A stretch of 64,000 bases of DNA from an uncultured Acidobacteriota bacterium (GTDB taxonomy: Bacteria > Acidobacteriota > Vicinamibacteria > Vicinamibacterales > Fen-181): contig CAWARN010000018.1 in NCBI GenBank assembly GCA_963784455.1, forward strand, positions 79,541 to 143,540. The letters run 5' to 3'. A program made the translations under genes and the position numbers. Shown piece after piece: positions 56,353 through 64,000 of this stretch (positions within the stretch are counted from its first letter, which is position 1; each line of letters begins with the position of its first letter). The notes below the pieces were generated by a model that did no database searches, was not told where the DNA came from, and saw only the letters and a program-made list of their open reading frames with translations.

Positions 56353-59300
56353 TCAGCCCGCGCCGGGCTGTTTCATCTTCTGGATCGCGGCGTCGGCATC
56401 GCGCAGGCGGTGGGTCAGCATCCTGATGACGCCCTCGGCGATCTCGACCTGCTCGTGGAGCAATTCGTAGAACTCCTCTGAACCGATGCGCAGGAGGTCG
56501 GTTTCGTCCACCGCCGCGGCGTCGGCGCTGCGCGGAACCTCGTCGAGCACCGCCATCTCGCCGAAGGCCTCGCCGGCGCCGAGGGTCGCCACGATGTGCG
56601 TGCCGCGCCGGATCCGAACCTGGCCGCGCACGATGACGAAGAGCGCGTCGCCCAGCTCTCCTTCCGCGAAGATCTTCTGGCCCGGCGAGTAGCTGCGCGG
56701 CTCGGCGATGCGCGCCAGAGGCGCGAGATCCTCGCTCGAGAGGCGAGCGAACACCGGCGCGCTCTTGAGGAACAGGATCTTCTCCACGGTCGACAGCATC
56801 GCGGCCTCCGGAGCGGGGGCGGTCCACCCCGCGCGGCTGAGTGTATTCCGGGCGCATCTGGCGACGACGGCGTCAGGGTCCTGGACCAACGGACGCAGGG
56901 CGCGCTCGACCTCCGCCGCGTCGGCCACAGCCGCGAAGGCGGCGATGCCTCCCTCGCGCACCAGCGGGTCCTCGTGGGTGATCGCTCGCAGCCCCTCATC
57001 GTGGCCGGCGGGATCCCGCAGGCCCGCGAGCGCCTCCAGTGCGGCGTAGGCGACTACCGGGTCGCGGTCTCGGCACAGGCGCCCGATGAATTCCGAGGGC
57101 TCTGGCGTCGGGGACACGAGGCTCCCCCTGTGCCTGATGCGCTCGGCGATCGGGCGGTCGTCGAGGAACGGCATGACGATGGGCCTGAGCGGCGCGTCGA
57201 GCAGCGTGTCGAGCACCTCCATCGCGTTGGCGCGGCGCCTGGGGTCGGTGAGGCGCTGGCGCACGAGGCGCAGCGCGGCCGGGTCGTAGCGCAGCTCCAG
57301 GGCCCGCAGGACGCGCCGGATCGCCCGCGCCTCGCGGAACTGGAAGAGGTCGGCCAGGAGGGGCGTCCCGTAGGTCGCTCGCGCGCGCTGCCACCCGGCC
57401 AGGCTGCCATAGGCCTCACCGATCTCGCGCGTGACCAGCTCCTCGATCCACGGCACGCGCTCCCCTTCACGGCGCAGCGCGTGCCGCAGATGGGAGAGCG
57501 CCGCGTAGACGCGCAGACGCAGGTGGCTGTCATCGACGCCGGTCAGGGCGCGCAACCGCTCGTAGGTGGCTGGCAGCGGAATGCGTCGCAGCAGACGCGG
57601 CACCAGCAGTCTGAGGCTGCGCGGCGTGGCCCGGTTCTCGAGCAGCCGGCACAGGGACGGGAGCGCGGCTTCCCCGGCGGCGACGAGCGCGTTGCCCGCC
57701 TGGCGGCGGCAGGGCGGGTCGGAGAGCGCCTGGACCAGCAGCGGCACCAGCCGCGGATCGGGACAGCTCGCCGCGGCTTTGAGGGCGGCCCGGCGCACCT
57801 GCGGCTCCGGGTCGGCGAGCAGCCGCCGAAGCGGCCTGAAGGCGCCGCGCCCCACGCTGCGGAGCACGCGGGCGGCCTCGACGCGCCCCTGGCGCTCGCC
57901 GGCGCCCAACAGCTGGCCGAGGTGGGCGCCGCCGACGATGCCCCCCTCGACGCCACCCGAGGCGAGCAGTCCGGCGGCGGCCTCGACGCGCACGTCGCGC
58001 GCGTGGTCGATCAGCAGCGGCGCCAGCGCCTCGACCCCTTCGTCGCCGGCGAGGGCGGCGTAGGCGCGCGCCGCCGCTGCGCGGACGTCGGGGTCGTCGT
58101 CGGCGAGAGCCCCGAGAACCGGCTCGACCGACGCACCGGGCAGCGTCGCGAGGCGGCCGAGAGCCGCGGCGCGCAAGGCGGGGGCGGCACGGACCGCGAG
58201 CGTCTCGACCGCGCGGATGAACCCGGCGGACTCCTCGTCACCGAGCTGCTCCAGGGCGATGAACGCCTGGCGCTCGTCCCCGTTTTCGAGCATTTCGATC
58301 AGCGCGCGGCGTCCGGCCGAGTCGAGGATGTACTCGCTGTCGAACGCCAGCGCCCCGCGGACGCTGAGCGTGGACTGCAGCGTCCGCAGGTAACGGCGCT
58401 GCACGAACGGGATCACGAGAAACCAGACGACCACGATCGGCACGGTGACGCCGGCGAGCTGCCCCACTGAGAGGATGGGCGCGAGCACGAGCAGCACCGC
58501 GCCTCCGACGCCGTAGGAGAGCGGCTTGACGACCGCGTCGAGGAACGCGCGCGTGCGCGCCTTGACCGCCGGCGCGAAGGGGACGTAGAGCGCCTGCAGC
58601 GTGGTCTCGTGGATGGTGTATTGGAAGCCGTTGTCGGCGAACTTCATCGGCGTGACGACGCCGAGCGTGGGGACGAAGAAGAGCAGGGCGCTGGCGCCGC
58701 CGAAAACCATCGGCATCACCGACATGCCCACGCCCACTCCCAGGCGCGCCAGCAGCCGCGGCGTGACGAAGATCTGGAACAGGAACGAGATGGTTCCGGT
58801 GGCGGCGTAGAAGAGGCTGAAGAAGCGCGCCAGCTCATCTCCCTGGTACGAGGCCCTGGCGATGGCTTTGAACTGGTAGTCGCCGATCGTGAGCGCCGTG
58901 AAGGCCATGAGGATCATCAGGGCCAGCACCCGCACGTACGGGTCGCCGACGATCCTGGGAGGCGGGCCGTGGCGCCTGGCGCGACGCGCCGGCGCCCTCC
59001 ACGCGCGGCTCCCTGGCCGAGCAGGAGCGCGAGGCCGGCGATGCAGGCCATCATGCCCGCGAGCACGAGGAGAAGCTGCGTCGTGCCGATGGCCTTGACG
59101 ATCGACCCGGCCACCAGGCCGACGATGACCACGCCCAGGATGCGCGCCGAGCCGATGGTGCCGAAGAGGCGCTTGGCCGAGCGCGCGTCGTGCAGGTCGT
59201 TGGCGAGGGTCCAGAATTGCACGATGAAGAGGTTGGCGGCGACCTCCGACCAGACGTAGAAGACCGGATAGATCCAGGTCACCGTGCCCGAGCGTGCCAC

Positions 59301-59681
59301 GGCCCACGTGGCCAGGTAGGTCACGATGCCGATGGCGACCGAGATGCCGATGAGTGCGTGGCGGGCGACCTTGTCGGCGAAGCGGCTGTAGACGACCACC
59401 GTCAGCGCCGACGCCACGCCGTAGAGGATGAACATCCACGGCAGCGCCTTCGACAGCGGGACAGGGAAGTAGGTCAGGAAGAGCGTGTCGCGCACCGTGC
59501 GGCCGAGAATGAAGACCGATGAGGCCAGCAGCAGGTGCAGGAAGAGCAGCGCCGTCCGTCGCCCCTCGCCGGGGCGGATGAGCAGCACCGACTCGAAGAC
59601 ATCGACGATGGCGGCCTTGAGGCTACTCAATGAGCAAGAGGATAGTCGACATCCGGACGGGACTCCAGCGTTACCAGCCAC
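56353..59681 (-). CDS. Fusion protein: Npt/MFS-like 12-TM transporter domain, HEAT repeats and a C-terminal cyclic-nucleotide-binding domain; one frame break near 58957
   Basis: N-terminus IRPGEGRRTALLFLHLLLASSVFILGRTVRDTLFL.., continued in the frame of ORF 56353..59439 from ..PRIVGDPYVRVLALMILM. HEAT-like DPDVRAAAARA / DPEPQVRRAALKA repeats. C-terminus FLKSAPVFARLSSEDL...FGEMAVLD..PRSA (cNMP-binding). The start is uncertain (59681, or TTG 59630). Confidence 0.8.
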
Positions 59682-59703
59682 CCTTGTGCTACCGTTGCGT
59701 CAG

Positions 59704-60306
59704 ATGACGCGCTTTCGCACTCCGGCCGCGGTGTTCGTGGTCGCCCTTCTGGGCTTCGGAATCGACGCCGGCGCGCAGACGACCGAGGTCGCGGCGTTCG
59801 GCGGCTTCGGTTTCGGCGGCTCGTTGGTGTCGTCCGCCACTGGCGGGAGCGCGGAGATCGAGGTCGGCCCGGTGTACGGCGGAGCGGTCAGCACGGCGCT
59901 CTCCAAGACGTGGCGTCTCGAGGGGCTCTTCTCGCGCCAGGAGAGTGGTGTCGCCGGAGAGCGGTCCGGGACCCATATCCACGTGGCCCAGGAGCGCTAT
60001 CTGGCCGGTTTCCAGGAAGAGCTGCCGTGGGGCAACCGGCGGGCCTTTGGCACGTTCCTCATCGGGGCCACCCGGTCCGTGCCCGCCGGCGCCGACGACG
60101 AGTGGTGGTTCACCATCGGCCTGAGCCTCGGCGTGAAGACGCAGTTGTCGGCCCGCGTCGGGCTCCGATTCGAGGCCCGCGGATACTACACGCCGGTCAC
60201 GGTCGGCGGTGTGACGGTCTGCGGTGCCGGCGGGTGCTTCTTCAAGTCCACAGGCTCCGGGGTGTTCCAGGGCGACGTCACCGCCGGGGTCTTCTTCGGC
60301 TTCTGA
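59704..60306 (+). CDS. Small outer-membrane beta-barrel protein
   Basis: MTRFRTPAAVFVVALLGFGIDAGAQ signal peptide, alternating hydrophobic beta-strands, C-terminal ..GDVTAGVFFGF (terminal aromatic residue). Confidence 0.6.
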   Translation: MTRFRTPAAVFVVALLGFGIDAGAQTTEVAAFGGFGFGGSLVSSATGGSAEIEVGPVYGGAVSTALSKTWRLEGLFSRQESGVAGERSGTHIHVAQERYLAGFQEELPWGNRRAFGTFLIGATRSVPAGADDEWWFTIGLSLGVKTQLSARVGLRFEARGYYTPVTVGGVTVCGAGGCFFKSTGSGVFQGDVTAGVFFGF

Positions 60307-60379
60307 ACATCGTCCCGCCGTCTTGCGGGCTGCCGAACCGCCACCGCGCATGGGAGCAGCGCGCGAAACAGGCGCTACG

Positions 60380-61855
60380 TCACCGGCGGCCCTCGCCGCC
60401 GCGCTGCGCCGCAGGGTCGGCGATCTCGCTCAGCGCCAGGCTCAGGAACATGAACGCGCCGATCGACTTCTGGTCGTTGGTCACCAGCGGCACGCCGACA
60501 TAGTAGTCGTAGAACCCGCCATTGCCGCCGAGACTGCCAACCTGCACCGTGCCGCGAATGTCCATGCGGTTGCCGGGCAGCAGGTCCACCTTGTGGTTCA
60601 GCACGCCGCGCGTGGCGCGGAGGGCGTGTCCGAGAAACTCCGCCGGCAGCCAGCCCCGCTGTGCACCCCGCGCCATCGCGTAGGCGAACATCAGCGTGCT
60701 CGACGTCTCGACGTAGTTCTTCGGCGCCGTCGGCTTGTCCACGATCTGGTACCACATGCCAGTGTCGCGATCCTGGTGCTTCAGCAGGCTCCGGCAGAGC
60801 GACTGGAAGATCGGCAGCACAGCCCGGCGGCCGGCGTGATCAGCCGGCAGCCCGTCCATCACGTCGGCCATCGCCATCGCGTACCAACCGATCGCGCGGC
60901 CCCAGAACTCGGGTGAGGTGCCGGTGTCCTTGTTCGCCCACGGCCGGCTCTTCGTCTCGTCCCACCCGTGGTAGTACAGGCCGGTCTTCGGGTCGTGCGT
61001 ATGCTGGTCGATGAGCGTGATTTGCCTGACCGCCTCGTCGTAGTACTTCGGCTGGCCAGTCCTGCGGCCGAACTGCACCGCGTACACGTCGGCCATGTAG
61101 ATCCCGTCCAGCCACATCTGGTTGGGGTACGTCGAACGGTGCCAATAGCCGCCGTCGCTCGTGCGGGGCTGCTTGTCGAGCTGCGTGGCGACGTACCGCG
61201 CCGCCTTCATGTACTTCTCTTCCCGCGTGCGCTCGTGCATCCACAGCAGGCTCGTGGCCGGCCGGATGCGGTCGAGGCTGTACAGCTCGAACGGGTACTC
61301 CTTGGGATCCAGCGATCCGTCGGGCGACACGAACCGGTCCAGGTACTCGCGGACGTAGGAGATGTCCTCGTCTCGACCGGTTCGCTCGGCGATCCGGTAG
61401 AGCGCATCTGCGATCATCCCCTCCGTGTAGTTCCAGTTGCCGAGATCGGCCGCCGCCGGGAAGAGCGTGCGGACGGAGGTGGCGATTCGGATCGGCCAGG
61501 CGAACGCCGCGTCCCGGGTCGCCTTGCCGGCCGTCGTGAATCGGCGGACCGCGCCCGTGGTGACGCCGCCGCCGGCGACCTCGTCAATGCGCCAGTAGTA
61601 GGTCGTGCCGGCCGGGAGCGTCTCGAGGAGGAAGGACGGCCGGTCCACCCGGCACTGGAACGGCGGCGGATTCGTGGTGCCGAAGTAGACGTCGTATCGC
61701 GTTCCCGCGCCGGGCGCCCACGACAACGCCACGTTGACCGGGACGCCCGCCGCCTTGTCAGCCGGGGTCGCAGCGGCCGAAGCCGCCTGCGGGGAATCCG
61801 CCGGCGCCGCCGCCAGCCATCCGACCGTGAGCGCGATCAGGAATACGCCGTTCAT
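60380..61855 (-). CDS. Glycoside hydrolase family 105/88 (unsaturated rhamnogalacturonyl/glucuronyl hydrolase-like) with an N-terminal Ig/Fn3-like domain
   Basis: Signal peptide, ..NVALSWAPGAGTRYDVYFGT.., then YTEGMIADAL..., NQMWLDGIYMADVY.., LYYHGWDE..., FWGRAIGWYAMAM.., YVETSSTLMFAYA. Confidence 0.8.
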   Translation of the reverse strand: MNGVFLIALTVGWLAAAPADSPQAASAAATPADKAAGVPVNVALSWAPGAGTRYDVYFGTTNPPPFQCRVDRPSFLLETLPAGTTYYWRIDEVAGGGVTTGAVRRFTTAGKATRDAAFAWPIRIATSVRTLFPAAADLGNWNYTEGMIADALYRIAERTGRDEDISYVREYLDRFVSPDGSLDPKEYPFELYSLDRIRPATSLLWMHERTREEKYMKAARYVATQLDKQPRTSDGGYWHRSTYPNQMWLDGIYMADVYAVQFGRRTGQPKYYDEAVRQITLIDQHTHDPKTGLYYHGWDETKSRPWANKDTGTSPEFWGRAIGWYAMAMADVMDGLPADHAGRRAVLPIFQSLCRSLLKHQDRDTGMWYQIVDKPTAPKNYVETSSTLMFAYAMARGAQRGWLPAEFLGHALRATRGVLNHKVDLLPGNRMDIRGTVQVGSLGGNGGFYDYYVGVPLVTNDQKSIGAFMFLSLALSEIADPAAQRGGEGRR

Positions 61856-61878
61856 GCCGGGGCCTTCGCGGGCGGCCG

Positions 61879-62863
61879 TCAGTACGGCCGTATCGACGAG
61901 ACCTGGCGCATGAAGTTCGTGGCCAGCTCGTTCGTGTCACGGGTGATGACCAGGCACTGCCCCTGGAAGTTCTTGTCGGTGCACACCTGCCAGCGACCGC
62001 CCGAGACGCGAATCGACGCCGCCATGTCGTTGAAGCCGACGTCGACGAGGTTGCGGACCTCCCGCTGCGTCTGGTACGAGCGCCCCCGGAAACCTGGTTC
62101 CAGGAACAGGGTCAGTGTGGGGACCATGTTCGCATCGCCGCGCTGCTCGTAGCCACCGCCCGTCCCACCCCCCGAGCGTCCCCCGCCCTCGTAGCCGCCG
62201 CCCGGGTATCCCGGAGCGTCCCCCGCTCTCGTAGCCGCCGCCGTACCCTCGGGATCCCCCGCCGGCGTTCCACCAGTTCTGGCCCTCTCGAATCGACGAG
62301 ATTCGGCCGGCCCATCCGAGGGCGCCCAGGTCAGGGACGTCCGCCGCGACCGAGCGGCAGCCCACGTAGTTGATGTCGGTGCAGATGACCCAACGCCCGC
62401 CCAGCACGCGCACCGACGCGATCCGATCGTTCAGGTTGACGCGCCTCAGGTCCGAGATGTCATCGGAGAACACCAGCGAGCGGCCGCGGAAGTTCGGCGC
62501 CGTATAGACCACGATGGCGGTTCCGCCGCCGCCGGAGCCGCCGCGAACCGGGCGCAGCGACGACACCGCGTCCTGCAGCCGGGTGCCGGACAGGTCGGAC
62601 ACCGACCGGGTGAAGTTCTCGCAGGTGCCCTGGAGGTTGGGCGCGCTGCACATCCGCCAGGTGCCGCTGCGAACGCGGAAGCTCGAGATCGTGTTCGACA
62701 TTCCCCAGTCGCGCAGGTCGTTCACGCCGTGCAGCAGCGTGACGCACCGGCCGCCGTAGTTCCTGTGCTCGCAGACCTGGATCTCGGCCGCCGCCGCCGC
62801 GGTCGCGCCGATGAAGAGCACGGTTACGACAAGCACCACCGCCGCCGCCGTCCGTCGAATCAT
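61879..62863 (-). CDS. Secreted multi-domain beta/gamma-crystallin-like protein with Gly/Tyr-rich repeat linker; one frame break near 62200-62210
   Basis: MIRRTAAAVVLVVTVLFIGATAAAA signal peptide. Greek-key units: IQVCEHRNYGGRCVTL..NTISSFRV, WRMCSAPNLQGTCENF..DAVSSLR, IVVYTAPNFRGRSLVF..DRIASVRV, WVICTDINYVGCRSV..GRISSIR, then (after the linker) LTLFLEPGFRGRSYQT..DMAASIRV, WQVCTDKNFQGQCLVI..RQVSSIR. Linker: GYGGGYESGGRSGYPGGGYEGGGRSGGGTGGGYEQRGD. Confidence 0.7.
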
Positions 62864-63089
62864 CGTCCCCTCCGTTCTTCGGGCGCTCTCGTCCCCTACC
62901 GCTGATGATAGGCCCACGCGGCGCCGCCGCACATCCGGCCTCGCCCGGCCGGCAGGTTCGGATTCCCGTCACAGAACCCGGTTGAGCCTACCTAGGATAG
63001 CCTGGCGCGAAACGGCCTGACTGTCCACTATTGGTCAGGTGCCGCCCCTCTGAGTCGGAGAGCCCGCGTGCGCGCCGGCCTACACCCGG

Positions 63090-64000
63090 CTAGCACTCCT
63101 TCTTCGCCGGCGCCTGGTACCACCCCTCGCGCGGCACGAGCTTCGGCTCCGCCGGGTCGCCCTCGTAGGCCGGGGTCATGATCTGCACGCCGTACTCGTT
63201 GAACACGTCGAGGATGTTCCGGTGCAGCGCCGTGTAAAGCCTGGGCATCAGCGCCGGCGTGTCGCTGTGGACGTTGATTTCGTAGGTGACGGCGAAATCG
63301 CCGAGCGCCGTCTGCAGAACGAACGGCGCCGGTTCCTTCAGGAGTCCTTCGGTCCGCTCCGCCGCCTCGAGCAGCATCGCTTCGACCTGGCGCCAGGGCG
63401 TCTCGTACCCGATGCCCACCGTCGTGTGGAGGATGAGGCCGCGCTGCTTCGCCAGCGTGCTGTAGTTGACAACGTCCGCTCCGAGGATCTGGGAGTTGGG
63501 AACGATGACCTCCTCGTTCTTCGGCGTCCGGAGGCGCGTGACCATCAAGCCGGCGGCCTCGACAGCGCCGACGTGTCCCCCGATCCTCACGATGTCGCCG
63601 GCGCGGAACGTCTGCCGGTAGGTCATGCTGTAGCCGGCGATCACGTTTCCGATGAACGACGACGAGCCCAGCGAAAAGACGACGCCGATGAAGAGCGAGA
63701 CACCCTTGAACGCGTCGGTTTGCGCGCCGGGCACGTACGGGTAGGCCACGACCGCTGCGAGCGCGAGGACGAGCAGCCGGACGAGCTTGTACGTGGGCGC
63801 GGCCCATTCGGGAGCGAAGGTCCCGAGCGTGACGGTGCCGGCCCCGACGGCGTCGAAGAACAAATGGATGATCTTCAACAGATAGCGCGTGATGAAGATA
63901 AAGACGGCGAGAAACACCAGTTTCGGGAAGGTCGAGATCGCGCCGTTCGCAAGGAAACGCAGCGGAACGACGATCATGCCCGCCAGGCCAAGGCCCAGGC
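63090..64000 (-). CDS. Mechanosensitive ion channel (MscS family); N-terminus outside the window
   Basis: ..FKGVSLFIGVVFSLGSSSFIGNVIAGYSMTYRQTFRAGDIVRIGGHVGAVEAAGLMVTRLRTPKNEEVIVPNSQI. The reading frame stays open to nt 64000. Confidence 0.85.
   Translation of the reverse strand, partial: LGLGLAGMIVVPLRFLANGAISTFPKLVFLAVFIFITRYLLKIIHLFFDAVGAGTVTLGTFAPEWAAPTYKLVRLLVLALAAVVAYPYVPGAQTDAFKGVSLFIGVVFSLGSSSFIGNVIAGYSMTYRQTFRAGDIVRIGGHVGAVEAAGLMVTRLRTPKNEEVIVPNSQILGADVVNYSTLAKQRGLILHTTVGIGYETPWRQVEAMLLEAAERTEGLLKEPAPFVLQTALGDFAVTYEINVHSDTPALMPRLYTALHRNILDVFNEYGVQIMTPAYEGDPAEPKLVPREGWYQAPAKKEC

Overview
GC-rich bacterial chromosomal window. Carboxypeptidase-regulatory-domain TonB receptors, an acidobacterial-type VWA protein, an FPTTRWS-type ECF sigma factor and WD40/TPR proteins suggest Acidobacteriota; this is inference only.

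Core content:
- hom, an aminotransferase and a HAD hydrolase.
- A complete isc Fe-S assembly operon (iscR-iscS-iscU-iscA-hscB-hscA-fdx-iscX) next to moeB.
- A cobalamin-riboswitch-controlled TonB receptor plus btuD/C/F-like operon.
- moeA and moaB.
- A MacAB-like ABC/HlyD efflux set, and GH3 and GH105 hydrolases.
- trpB2, a DAHP synthase and SUI1.
- A transporter-HEAT-cNMP fusion protein and a partial MscS channel.

Accessory content:
- A BrnT/BrnA toxin-antitoxin pair.
- A tRNA-Arg(ACG) hotspot at 37.8-43.9 kb. The tRNA 3' half recurs three more times there. These copies partition HicAB, a decayed and an intact DUF433/DUF5615 pair, a VWA gene and a HigB2-like/HTH pair. No integrase is present.

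Most notable observations:
1. A peroxiredoxin-like gene has an in-frame UGA exactly at the catalytic Cys position, followed at once by a perfect hairpin. This is a candidate selenoprotein.
2. A 266-nt hairpin-rich repeat ends in a tRNA-like T-arm/acceptor/CCA.
3. Four or more families of short structured intergenic repeats are present.
4. Frame disruptions are distributed very unevenly. argG has 11 frame jumps and an M28 peptidase has about 7, nearly all +1. Single breaks occur in about 10 other genes, while several 2-3 kb genes are intact. From one sequence I cannot separate consensus indel errors from real decay.

No CRISPR array, rRNA, transposase or integrase was seen.
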